From Octopus vulgaris (Eukaryota), in contig OX597837.1 of NCBI GenBank assembly GCA_951406725.2, positions 35,960,001 to 36,024,000 of the forward strand: a stretch of 64,000 nucleotides of DNA, read 5' to 3'. The notes under the pieces are model-generated. The model was given only the letters and a program-made list of their open reading frames with translations. It had not been told where the DNA came from and ran no database searches. This document shows, in pieces, positions 1-12,628 of this stretch; within the stretch, counting starts at the first letter, position 1, and every line of letters begins with the position of its first letter. Made by a program: the position numbers and the translations under genes.

Positions 1-57
1 ACACCAAGTGGTTTAGCACATAAAAACTGGGATTCAGTAAATATTAATACACAAATT

Positions 58-469
58 TAAGAGAGAATCCACTATGTGGACGCTCTTGCACTAAAAATAG
101 ATCTGCAATGGTCTCAACCACCAAGAATTGTTCTCAAGAAAAATTAGCACAACTATGAACGTAAGCGAGCAGGACAAATGAAAAATAACAAAAATGTAGA
201 TTAACCCTAGACAATTGCTTCACTGTTAATAAATTATGCAATTTTACAGGATTCGTCATGAATATAATTTGTTGTGTAAGTAAAACTGCATAATTTATTA
301 ACAGTGAAACAATTGTCTAGGGTTAATCTACATTTTTGTAATTTTTCATTTGTCCTGCTCGCTTACGTTCATAGTTGTGCTAATTTTTCTTGAGAACAAT
401 TCTTGGTGGTTGAGACCATTGCGGATCTATTTTTAGCGCAAGAGTATCCACATAGTGGATTCTCTCTTA
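58..469. repeat. Large inverted repeat (190-bp arms, 32-nt spacer), probably Penelope-type foldback
   Basis: Positions 58-247 are the reverse complement of 280-469, with about 7 mismatches by eye. The Penelope assignment is inference. Confidence 0.85.
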
Positions 470-471
470 TA

Positions 472-503
<32 letters not shown>

Positions 504-954
504 CATCATCATCATCATCATTTAGCGTCCGCTTTCCATGCTAGCACGGGTTGGACGGGTCAACTGGGGTCTGTGAAGCTGGAAGGCTTCGTCAGGCCCA
601 GTCAGATCTGGCAGTGTTTCTACGGCTGGATGCCCTTCCTAACGCCAACCACTCCCCGAGTGTAGTGGGTGTTTTTTTACGTGATATATATATATATATA
701 TAATAATTATTTGAGGGAATATTAATCCTAACTTACAGGAAAAAATCCAATTTAGAAATACTAAATCAAATTTCACACAATATAATATATATATATATAT
801 ATATAAAATTAGAAAAAAACACCTTTTATCAATTCAAAATGAACAATTAAATTACACCATCTAGAAAATTACACATAATAGAAATATTAAAATAACAATA
901 AAATACCAATGATTAAGTAAATTGCAAAAAAAATAATAAAAATGTATATAATTG

Positions 955-1006
<52 letters not shown>

Positions 1007-2339
1007 CTTGATTTTGATTTTTCCAGTTTCAGCTAATGAGCTGTGGCCATGCTGGGGCACCTGTAATTTTTGGGACAAATGGGTATATGCCAGTTAGTGT
1101 GTTCACAGCTTGGGCTACCTGGTGACATCCATGGTTGGGGTATGTTTCCTCCGGATCTAGGTCTGTTGAGATAATAATTTATGAAGGAAATGGTAGATTG
1201 ATTTAGCACTACTGGACAGACTTCAAGCTCTAACTTATCTGCTTTATATATATATATATATATTGTTCCTATTATGTTAAACTGTCGTATGTCCAAATAT
1301 ATAATTTTCAATATTTATTTTTGCTTGCAATAGCCAGTTCTTTTGGTCAAACTATCGTATCTCCAGCTACTTCAGATGCCAAGATATCAAAAATTGTCAA
1401 AATGTAGTACAATGGTTTTGCTATGGAATGGTGAAACTGTTTTTTCGCTTTCTGAAAAAAGCAATGTTTTGGACTTACGACACTTTTTCAAAACAGCAAC
1501 AATATATATATTTGTGTGTGTATATGTGTACATATGTATTTGTGTGTATGTATATGTATGTGTGTATATGTATATACATGTGTGTATGCATATATATATA
1601 TATATATATGTATGTATGTGTTTATATGTGTGTGTATATGTTTATGCATAAATGTGTGTCTATATATATATTTATGTATATATATATATGTATGTATATA
1701 TGTATGTGTATATATATGTATGTGTATATATGTATATATATTTGTATGTATAAGGATGTGTGTATGTGTATATATATATATATATATGTATTGGTGTGTG
1801 TGTGTATGTGTATATATATATATATATATGTATTGGTGTGTATGTGTATGCATGTATATATATATATATATTGTGCTTCGACAGAAAGGAACACAAAAAA
1901 TAAACAGGAAGAGAAAATAGGAAAAGGTTTAGTGGCCAGCAATCTATCATATATATATATATATTGCACCATTCAAGTGTGAGTGACGCTAGTGCTGTCT
2001 GACTGGCACCCATACTGGTGGCATGTAAAAAGCACCATTTGAGCATGATGAATGCCAGTGCCGCTTGACTGACACCCATGCCAGTGGCATGTAAAAAGCA
2101 CCATTTGAACATGGCCAGTGCCTGTACCGTTTCACTGGCTTCTGTGCTTGTGGTATGTAAAAGAAAGCCACTACATTCTTGGAGTTGTTGGCATTAGGAA
2201 GGGCATCGAGCTGTAGAAACCTTGCCAAATCAGATTGGAGCCTGGTACAGCTAATTGTCTTGCCAGTCAAACTGTCCAACCCATGCCAACATGGAAAGTG
2301 GATGTTAAACAACGATGATGATGATGATGATGATGACAG

Positions 2340-2403
<64 letters not shown>

Positions 2404-2639
2404 TATGTAATTAGATATTAACTATAACTGAGATTAGATTATTTGTGGGCTTCTTACCTTAAAAATTAATACTTAAAAATTAATATTTAACATTATAATC
2501 GATTGTATGACATAATCATAATCGTTAAAGTTTCTAGTTTGATAATAGAGTTTTTTATAAGAAAAATTATTATTTTATTTATTTCTGAAAAAATATTGTT
2601 TAAATATTTTTGATTATTTATTTAAATATTATCATTAAC

Positions 2640-2728
2640 CTGAAGATTGACTATAACCATAATTCGAATTATTAATTGAATTTAAATTATTGTTATTCAA
2701 ATTAGGTTATGTGCATGAAACGATCGTA
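2640..2728 (+). ncRNA. Hammerhead-ribozyme-like motif in an AT-rich Penelope-like remnant
   Basis: CTGAAGA, then stem II (tataacc/ggttatg) around a long AT-rich insert, then GAAAC-GATC-GTA with a palindromic stem III loop. Stem I is poor. Confidence 0.4.
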
Positions 2729-3679
2729 GTGGTTTTACTCTATCTTATTTTAAACTTTTTAATACTTTTTGATAGTTATATTTATTAAAAAAAAAAATTT
2801 AAATAATAAAAAAAAAAACCAATGAAGAGTAAAAAACAGTTAATTAGGTCTATGTTCAGAAAAAATGTGAATTGTCTCTAGCGTTTCAAACCTATCCTCT
2901 TCTAAAGAAAGGATAGATGAGGAGAGAAAATAGATGGAGAGGGAAAAAAACATGTGTGAGTTAAACAGTCAGGGCAAATTTATATATATATAGATGTGTG
3001 TGTGTATGGTATATGCATACATTATATATGTATATATATATATATATATATATACACAGGTTTATACACCATATAAATGTATTTGTATATGTGAGTTTAT
3101 GAATACACATATATACATATATATCTCAGCATCATCATTTAATGTTCACTTTCCATGTTGGCATGGGTTGGATGGTAAACCAGGGAGCTGCACCAGGTTC
3201 CAACCTGATTTGGCAGGGTTTCTACCGCTGGAAGCCATTCCTAATGCCAAACACTCCAAGCCTAATTGTATTTGTCTGCATCACTCTCTATGTGTTTGTA
3301 TGTATATATATATATATATATATATACACATACATATATATACATACATATACATACATACAAATATATATATACATATACATACATATACATATACATA
3401 TACACATATACATATACATACATATACACATATACATATATATATACATACATACATATATGTATACATACATACAAATATATATATACATATACATACA
3501 TATACATATATATATACATACATATATGTATACATACATACATATATACACACATACATATATGTATACATACATACATATATACACACATACATATATG
3601 TATACATACATACATACACACATACATATATACACACATACATATATACACACATACATATATACATACATACATATAT

Positions 3680-3726
<47 letters not shown>

Positions 3727-3935
3727 TATATACACACACACATATATATATATATATACAGATACACACACAAATACATTTATGAAGAGAGAGGGTGAGT
3801 TTAACAGATACTTTTCTCAGTTGTAATAAAAATTGGTCTGTGTTGAGTTGAGCGTGTGCAAGAGAGAGAAATTTGAGGTGTGTCTGCTTGTGTGTGTATG
3901 TATTTTTGTGTGTGTATTTGTATGTATGTATGTTA

Positions 3936-4352
3936 AGGTGGCGAGCTGGCAGAAACGTAAGCATGCCGGACGAAATGCGTTGTCGTATTTCGTCTCTTGT
4001 TACGTTCCGAGTTCAAATTCCGCCGAGGTCGACTTAGCCTTTCATCCTTTCGGGGTCGATAAATTAAGTACCAGTTACGCACTAGGGTCAATATAATCGA
4101 CTTAATCTGTTTGTCTTTGTCCTTCGTTTGTCCCCTCTGTGTTTATCCCCTTGTGGGTAGTAAAGAAATAGGTATTTCGTCTGCTGTTACGTTCTGAGTT
4201 CAAATTCCGCCGAGGTCGACTTTACCTTTCATCCTTTCGGGGTCGATAAATTAAGTACCAGTTATGCACTGGGGTCAATATAATCGACTTAATCCCTTTG
4301 TCTGTCCTCGTTTGTCCCCTCTGTGTTTAGCCCCTTGTGGGTAGTAAAGAAA
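3936..4352 (+). mobile_element. tRNA-headed SINE with a tandemly duplicated core (Deu/Nin-like central motif)
   Basis: Contains gagttcaaattccgccgaggtcgac...ttcatcctttcggggtcgataaattaagtaccag twice. Dozens of related copies occur in the window, e.g. 8390-9230, 34280-34695 and 51605-51836. Confidence 0.75.
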
Positions 4353-4383
4353 TATATATGGATGTATGTGTGTGTGTGCATAA

Positions 4384-4421
<38 letters not shown>

Positions 4422-5040
4422 GCATATAAAGATATCTACCCCAGTAATTGACTGTTACATTATTATCAGCCCTAGAAAGATGAAAGGGAGCATCATGAAC
4501 CAGAAGAAACACTGCAAGGTATTTTCCCCCCATGTTTTAGCAGTTCTGCCAAATTATTATCTTCAGGAATTATAATAATAGTAACACTTTCAAATTTTGG
4601 CACAAGGCCAGCAATTTCGAGGGAAGGGTGATAATTGATTGCTTTGACCCCAGTACTCAACTGGTACTTATTTCATCAACCTGGAAAGGTTGACAAGGCA
4701 GATACAACCTCTGCAGAATCTGAGCCAAGAACGTAAAAATGGATGAAATGCTGCTTTGCATTTTACCCAGCATGCAAAATGGTTCAGCCAGTTTGGTGCC
4801 TTTGTGTTGTAATAAATGATTTCAAATTTTGACACTAGGCCAGCAAAAAAAATGTTTATCAAAACTTTTCACACACTCACACACACAATCATCATTTAAT
4901 GTCTGTTTTCCATGCTGACATGTGTTGGATGGTTTGACGTGGAACTGGATTGAACCTGAAGCCAAGTGGTTGAGAAGCAAGCTTCTAAACCACACAGCCA
5001 CTTAACCACTTTACATATTCTTTTCTTTTTTTTTTTTTCA

Positions 5041-5270
5041 ATTAACTCCATCTCAAACGACAGAGCGATACCTCTCCAATATTTCTTCCTCACCGTTCCA
5101 TTTGCGTATTCTACCCTATCTAGTTCATTGATTCCCAGCTACTTCCTAGTGTTTTGGCCTGATTCCATTATCTCTCCGTTTTCTTTATCTAACACGATAT
5201 TATTAGTGATCTTAATTAATTTTTTCCCCTCTTCAAGGTGGCCTTGGCACATTTATTTTTTTTTTTCCTA
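5041..5270 (-). mobile_element. Degenerate non-LTR retrotransposon RT fragment (R4/Dong-like)
   Basis: Minus translation KCAKATLKRGKKLIKITNNIVLDKENGEIMESGQNTRK*LGINELDRVEY...RKKYWRGI resembles the KCAKA...RGK...YKYLG region of these elements. Confidence 0.5.
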
Positions 5271-5558
5271 ATATCATAAATTACTGTTATATAACTTCCT
5301 AATTCCGTTGTTCGATTCTGTGCGTTCTGAAGATGCAACGGTTGCATTTTATGTTTTTATTGTTGCTAACACAGAACTTGGATCCTATTCTTTTTTTAGA
5401 ATAAATCAGAGATGATTTCTTTGTCATTGTTGTAATTATTATTATTGAGCTGGCAGAATCGTTAGCATGCCAGGCAAGATGCTTAGCAGCATTTCTTCCA
5501 GCCTGACGTTCTGTGTTCAAATTCCACCAAAGTCGACTTTGCCTTTCATTCTCTCCTT

Positions 5559-6390
5559 CATTTTCTACAAGGCTCTTCCATCTATCTGGTATATTTGCAA
5601 GGCCCCTCTTCCAAAATTCATTTGTCCATGATGAAAAATACTCCTCAGCACAGTTCTGACCTCGTCTACAGAATTCATATTTTTTCCATTGAAATGATTT
5701 TAAAGACTGCAGAATAAATGATAATTAGATGGGGGCAATGTCTGGCAAACAGGATGGGTGGGGCATCGTTTCCCATTCAAACTGCTCTAGCCTTTGGAAT
5801 GCCATCCTTGCTGTATGTGGCTGAGCATTATCCTGATGGAGGAACACCTTTCGTCTTGAAACCAAAGATGGTCGTTTTCCTTCAAGCACAGCAATTGATG
5901 AATGATTGAATGACCAAATCCAAGCTTCTCTGCTAGTTCCTCAACAGTTACAATGACATTTTGTTCTACCAGGGTTTGCAGGACCTCCTCATTGAGCTCT
6001 ACAGATCTTCCAGGATAAGGCTTGTCTTCTAGGCTGTAGTTTCCGACTTGGGAATTTCTGGAACCACTGTTGATACTGGCTTACGCTTATTGCCTGATCC
6101 CCATATACTGCACTAATGTTCCCCACACTTTCCATTGCATTGTTGCCTTTATTGCAATCATAAAGCAAACTATTCCAAATATGCTCCTTTGTCACTTCCA
6201 TTATGGTTTTTGAAATAATAACTGTTAAAATCGAACTGCACTCTTCAAAACTTGCACTAAGAATAAGGACAAGTACAAGGTAAAATTACTGCCTGCTTTT
6301 ATAGCAAGTTGATGCAGGTAGTTTATCCCCTCCAGCTTTAAGTTCGTTCAATTGAAAAAACCACATTATTTATAGAATGACACAAAATAC
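5559..6390 (-). mobile_element. Internally deleted mariner transposon remnant
   Basis: N-terminal HTH MEVTKEHIWNSLLYDCNKGNNAMES...WFQKF, followed by decayed FLHQDNAQPH and PHPSCLPDIAPSNYHLF (YSPDLAPSD-like) catalytic motifs with stops and frameshifts. Confidence 0.85.
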
Positions 6391-7308
6391 ATTATATATA
6401 TTTATATATATATATATATCACACACATACAAACACAGAGGCATATCTCAACATATGTTATTTTTTGACTTTGATTTTGTTTTCAAGAAATTTAAAAAAT
6501 AAACCGAAACTTCTGTCAATTTATTTAACTTTATGTTGGTTTCAGTGAAAATATTTAAAAACAATTTTTTTTTTAATAAAACACTTAAAAACGAATACTG
6601 AAGTGAAAAATGAAATGAAATACTTGTGAGAATATGTTTAAGCCATTTACTAAAACAATTCGGCTAATAAATTTTTTAAACTCGTTTTTTTTTAATTTTT
6701 CCGTTGTTTTTCAAGTTAGGTCACATGTCTTGGAACAAATTACTGGCATAATTTGAGGTATATCTGTGTGTATATATGATTAGTAAGGTAGATAGACAGG
6801 TAGTTATGTGTGTGTGTGTATAGTGGACTATAATTAACTATATTGATAAATAAATATATAGTTAGATAGATGTCTACATGCATAAACTTGCTATACACTT
6901 ACTATATAAATATACATATATATATACACACACATACACAAATGATATACACTTGTGTTTATCATAATTTCTCATACATGTATGTAGAGTGAGAAGAAAA
7001 ATATAATTATTAAATTTAATTAGAGGATATGTAAACCTCATGGAGGGATGGTTTCATTCAAGGAAATACTGGTTCAATACCTAGCTTTCTGCAGGGAATG
7101 AATTTCCTTAAAATAATGGGTATATACAAAAATATATAGTTTATATTCATTTAAAAAAAGAAAAGGAAATGGAGATTAGGGAGTTAATAATTGTTTATTA
7201 TTGCTCATCTTCATTTTCTTTTCTTATACATACATATATATATACACACACACACACACATGCATATATGTGCATGCATACTTTCATAAAGACATACACT
7301 CAAAAGTA

Positions 7309-7690
7309 CTTTACTCTTTTATTTGTTTCAGTCATTTGACTTGCGGCCATGCTGGAGCACCGCCTTTAGTCGAGCAACTCGACCCCGGGACTTATTCTTT
7401 TGTAAGCTCAGTACTTATTCTATCGGTCTCTTTTGCCGAACCGCTAAGTAACGGGGACATAAACACACCAGCATCGGTTGTCAAGCAATACTAAGGGGAC
7501 AAACACAGACACACAAACATATATATACATATATACGACGGGCTTTTTTCAGTTTATATCTACCAAATCCACTCACAAGGCTTTGGTCGGCCCGAGGCTA
7601 TAGTAAAAGACATGTGCCACGCAGTGGGACTGAACCTGGAACCATGTGGTTGGTAGACAAGCTACCTACGACACAGCCACTCCTGTGCCT
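7309..7690 (-). mobile_element. SINE family A copy
   Basis: Reverse complement of ggcgcaggagtggctgtgtggtaag...gttcagtcccactgcgtggc...tgactgaaacaagtaaaag, with A/B-box-like head and internal (TA/TG)n. Confidence 0.8.
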
Positions 7691-7696
7691 ATAACA

Positions 7697-8121
7697 CTAT
7701 ACACATAAAAATACATCCATATACATTATGTAGGTATGTATGCCAACAGATTTCCAAACAGCTGTTATATGGCAAGTTGACTCATATATATATATGTTTG
7801 TACACACATGAAATTCAACAATTATTTTGCCATGCCTAGGGTGGGTGAAACAGATCTTCGCTTGCATGTCACCAGTCATGATAACGATCATAAACAAAGA
7901 GAAAATAAGGAAGGCTGCAGAAAGAAGCAGAGTACCAAGACTTGCAGGAATCTTACCACTTTGAGATTTTAACCAACACCTGAGTTCATCGCTTCCATCG
8001 TTGCAATGTAATATTTTATCACACCGTTCTGTCATCGGAATACAGTGAGTCTCACTATTACATATAAATATACTTTTGTTTTCTTTTTTACACACACTGA
8101 TGTCAAAGTCTGGAGGTACTT
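7697..8121 (-). CDS. Coding exon 4: LDL-receptor class A repeat, hydrophobic TM-like segment and tail (putative terminal exon)
   Basis: Acceptor tttgttttccag (8122-8124), phase-1 entry. QVPPDFDISVCKKENKSIFICNSETHCIPMTERCDKILHCNDGSDELRC has 6 Cys and DGSDE. It is followed by LGTLLLSAAFLIFSLFMIVIM and a stop at 7697-7699. The four exons total 834 nt (278 codons). The 3' end is uncertain because of an internal donor gtaaga at 7951-7956. Confidence 0.8.
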
Positions 8122-9345
8122 CTGGAAAACAAAGCAAAGAAGAAGAAAAGAAGGTAAGTATTTGAATGAGTAGGGTTTTTAGATCTTGGAAAAAGGATGG
8201 TGATGGCAGTGAAAGGTTGTGGTGGTGGTGCAGGATGGTTTAGTGATGGTAATGATTATGAGGATGACAATGATGATGATGGTTATTATGATAATAGCAA
8301 TGATAACGATGATGATGGCTTTGAAGATAACAGTAACGATCATGCTGTTGATAGGATAATTACAGACTAGATAATACTAATTGTTTTTACTAAAGGCACA
8401 AGGCCTCAAATTTTGAGGGAGGGGGCCAGTTGATTACATTAACCCCAGTGCGTAACTGGTACTTAATTTATCGACCCCGAAAAGATGAAAGGCAAAATTG
8501 ACCTCAGCGGAGTTTGAACTCAGAACATAGTGGCAGACGAAATACCACCAGGCATTTCATCAAGCATGCTAACAATTCTGCCAGCTCCCCCCCCACTATT
8601 TTATGTAGTAGTAGTAATAATCCATTCTACTATAGGCACAAGGCCTGAAATTTATGGAGGCGGGTAAGTCGCAGTGTTTCACTGGTGCTTAATTTATCGA
8701 CCCCTGAAAGGATTTAAGGTGAAGTCAACCTTGGTGGAATTTGAACTTCAGAACATAGCGGCAGGCAAAATACTGCTAAGCATTTCGCCAGATGTCATAG
8801 CAACTCTGCCAGCTCGCCATCTTAGTAATAATCACAATAGTAATCCTTTCTACTATAGGCATAAAGCTTGAAAAGGGGATACGTCAATTAGATCAACCTC
8901 AGTGCATAACTGGTACTTAATCTATCAACCTCAAAAAAGGATGAAAGCCAAAGTTGACTTTGGTGGAATTTGAACTCAGAATGTAAAGACAGATGAAATG
9001 CCACTAAGCATTTCACCCAGCTTGCTGCCTTGATGATGATGATGATCTCTTCTTCTATAGACACAAGGCTTGAAATTTGAGGGGAGGGCACTAGTAGATT
9101 ACACTGACCCCAGCACTTAACTGGTACTTATTTAATCGACCTTGAAGGGATGAAAGGCAAAGTTGACCTCGTCAGAATTTGAACTCAGAATGTAAAGACA
9201 GATGGATGAAATGCAGCAAAGCACATTTCCAAGGGCAAGCTAAAAGTTTTCCCAACTTCGTGCTTTGCCCCAGAAGAAATGGCAATGAGAAATAAATAAA
9301 AAAAAGAAAATGCTGAAAATGGTTTAGAATTCTTTGTCAACTTAC

Positions 9346-9519
9346 GGGGACATGGTTCATTTTCACAGGGCTTAGTTTCTGATGAAGGTCCCGTACAATC
9401 TTTACCTTCATAGCTAGGATATGGTGCAGAACAGAGCCTTACTCGTTTCTGGACACCGTCTGGACCACAGTTCTTGGTACACACTGACCATCCGCTCCAT
9501 AAAGTCCAATTGCCATCAA
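9346..9519 (-). CDS. Coding exon 3: thrombospondin type-1 repeat 2
   Basis: Acceptor atttcacag and donor gtaagt (9340-9345). 174 nt, phase 1-1. Translates VDGNWTLWSGWSVCTKNCGPDGVQKRVRLCSAPYPSYEGKDCTGPSSETKPCENEPCP, a canonical 6-Cys TSP1 with WxxWxxW. Confidence 0.93.
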
Positions 9520-10151
9520 CTGTGAAATATATAAAAGAAAAGAAGAAAACATTATTAAAGGAATGGGTTAATTCAATGAATTAATCTTTTTATGATTTTT
9601 GTAATTGTTTCTGTCATAAGACTGTGGCCATGCTGGGGCACTGCCTTGAAGAATTTTAGTCAAACAGGTACTTAATTTTTTTAAGCTTGGTCCTTTTTCT
9701 ATCAGTTTCTAGTGATACGGGGATGTAAACACACTAACACCAATTGTCAAGTGCTAGCGGGGGACAATTGACACTCACACACACATATATATCCAAGAAT
9801 TAGGGAATGGCGTAAATAAAAATCCAGGCTACATGTTTCATTGCTCCAGCATGGCTGTAGTCAAATGACTGAAACATGCAAAAGGAATAAAAGAAAGATA
9901 TGGACCCTGGATTTGAACCACTGCCCTCGACGGCTCAGAAGAAGCTGATGCTTCAATTGACTCTTGATGGAAAAAACACTGGAATTTCACTATTTGTACA
10001 TTTGTTGGATGCCAACACAACAGAAGTCTCAAATGAATTTATGCTCATTGCTAAATATGCAAAGGAAAGTGAATATTTTACAGCATTTTTTGATAATGAG
10101 GTTTGTAAATTTCCATAGTTTATGTAATTATTTAAAGTAAAAATGAGTAAT

Positions 10152-10462
10152 GGAGGCGCAATGGCCCAGTGGTTAGGGCAGCGGACTCGTGGTTGGAAGA
10201 TCTCAGTTTCGATTCCCAGACCGGGTGTTGTTTGTGTTTATTGAGTGAAAACACCTAAAGCTCCACGAGGCTCCAGCAAGGGGTGGTGGTGACCCCTGTT
10301 GTACTCTTTCACCCCAACTTTCTTTCACTCTTTCTTCCTGTTTCTTGAGTAACGCTGCGATGGACTGGCGTCCCGTCCAGCTGGGGGGAACACATACGCC
10401 ATAGAAGCTGGGAAACCGGGCCCATGAGCCTGGGTAGGCTTGAAAAGGGCACATAAATAAAT
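10152..10462 (+). mobile_element. tRNA-derived SINE (second family); reverse copy at 39070-39372
   Basis: A box tggcccagtgg, B box gtttcgattcc, conserved body and A-rich tail. Confidence 0.75.
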
Positions 10463-10639
10463 AAAAGAAATGAGTAATAAAAATTATCCTTCAGAAAAAA
10501 GGTTTTTTTTTGTTTTTTACCCTGTTGGCACATACATTCATACAGCCCTTTCTCACGGGTTAAGGGTTAAACACATCTCGCCACTGGGGTCATCTACCCA
10601 ACAATCTAAACACTCCAGTATATGCACACTGCAACACAA

Positions 10640-11180
10640 ACACCATTAAAACAAATACTAACCAATTAAAACACTAACACCATTAAAACAAGTACCAACC
10701 TATTAATGTGCAAACACCATTAAAACAAGTACTAACCAATTAAAATACTAACACCGTTAAAACAAGTACCAACCTATTAATGTGCAAACACCATTAAAAC
10801 AAGTACTAACCAATTAAAATACTAACACCATTAAAACAAGTACCAACCTATTAATGTGCAAACACCATTAAAACAAGTACTAACCAATTAAAATGCAAGC
10901 ACCATTAAAAACAAGTATCAAGCTATTAAAACACAAACACCATTAGAACAATTACTGACCCATTAAAACACATACACCATTAAAAACAAGTACTAAACTA
11001 TTAAAACACAAACACCATTAAGCGTAAGTGCTAATCCGTTAAACATAAAAAATAAGATCACTAAACAAGTATTAAACCCATCAAGTATGAAACTAAGCAA
11101 CATTGAATAGAAACATCAAACCATTAAATACAAATGTCAACCCATTAAAAGAAAAAAACCAGCCCATTAAATATTAAAAC
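10640..11180. repeat. 37-bp minisatellite with alternating A/B units (74-bp higher order), decaying to the right
   Basis: c[a/g]ttaaaacaagtac recurs at 10681, 10718, 10755 and 10792. Confidence 0.8.
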
Positions 11181-12087
11181 AAAATGAACAAACTTTCTCT
11201 CTCCCCCTCTGACTGGGATTGCCATGTATCTTCTCTATAAGACACTTTTTTCCATCCCTTTTATCCTATATTCTTCATTACCTGGCACAAAACAACCCCA
11301 CTCAATACTACTCCCCCTCTCAGTTGAGGGGATCCTTGTCTCACTGGTTACTTGGTGACCTCACCGGTGTTGGTGCCCCATAAAAAGCACCCAGCACACA
11401 CTGGGTTGGTGTTAGGAAGGGCATCCAACCATAGAAACCATACCAAAGCAGACAGCAGAACTTTGTGCAGTTGCTTGATTTGCCAGTTCCTGCCAAACCA
11501 TCTTCTCCATGCCAGCACAGAAGACAGACATTTAACGATGATGATGATGATGATGATGATGGCATCAATTAATTTTCTCTTCTTTACAATCTTAAGCCAT
11601 CACTTCCTTGCCTTTAACTGTCAAATCGAGTGCAGAGATAATAAACAGTACGCAAATCTGAGATTCTGGATTTTGAGAAGCTTTTAAAGATGTAAAAATT
11701 CTCAAATTTACCAAAATACCAAAAAAAATAAAAAATAAATCAAAAATCAAAAAATCAAAAAAAAAAATCTAAGAATACACGTATAAAAACAACTGAAACT
11801 TACTCCGTTAGTGCCATTGCAATTAATAGCAAGATTTTGCTGCCATGCACCTGAGCTACCGAAATAATTTCTTTTATCAATTACAGGAATTTCTTCTCAG
11901 GTTTCAAGAAATACCATAAGTAGAATCATTATCCTTTCGCACCTGAACACAAATCTCTGAGAAATTCTCAGGTAATTAACCAATTTATTTATTTTATTTG
12001 CCGTTTTGGCATCGTCTGTAATCTCATTCACTGGATATTAACAAATGTCACAAACATATTTTGGAATATGAAAACAGTCATAAAGAG

Positions 12088-12262
12088 ATTTATTATTACT
12101 ATTATTATTATTATTACTACTATTATTACTATTATTATTACTACTATTATTACTATTATTATTACTACTATTATTACTACTATTATTACTACTATTATTA
12201 TTATTATTATTACTATTATTATTATTATTACTATTATTATTATTATTACTATTACTATTATT
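12088..12262. repeat. (TAT/TAC)n trinucleotide tract
   Basis: Seen directly; source of the poly-Y, poly-N and poly-I ORFs. Confidence 0.95.
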
Positions 12263-12289
12263 AGTATTGAAATATATGTAGCTATAGTT

Positions 12290-12628
12290 GCTATGCAATG
12301 GGAGATGCGGAGTTGTCCCATTCATTAACCTAGGTTAACAATAGAAAGGTTATAACATGTCTGTTTTTTAATGTTAACCTAGGCTAAGTTTAGGAATAAA
12401 ATATTTCACGTGAAAATCTATAGTTAAATTAGGGTTAACAATATAAAGGCTATGCAATGGGAGATGCGGAGTTGTCCCATTCATTAACCTAGGTTAACAA
12501 TAGAAAGGTTATAACATGTCTGTTGTTTAATGTTAACCTAGGGTAACACAAGAAATGTCACTTGTTTAGGAATGAAATATTTCACATGAAAATCTATAGT
12601 TAAATTAGGGTTAACAAGGTATAAAGGC
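12290..12628. repeat. About 159-bp tandem duplication containing the palindrome TTAACCTAGGTTAA
   Basis: gctatgcaatgggagatgcggagttgtcccattc occurs at 12290 and 12449. Confidence 0.85.

Noticed and set aside
10152-10225. tRNA gene
   Set aside because: It has A/B boxes but no proper cloverleaf and continues into a SINE body; the same applies to the other SINE heads.
11895-11902. Selenocysteine reading of the in-frame TGA in the 11804-12030 segment
   Set aside because: No selenoprotein-like context or recognisable SECIS, and the exon phase does not fit the gene.
12028-12328. Poly-Tyr, poly-Asn and poly-Ile ORFs
   Set aside because: Translations of a (TAT/TAC)n microsatellite.
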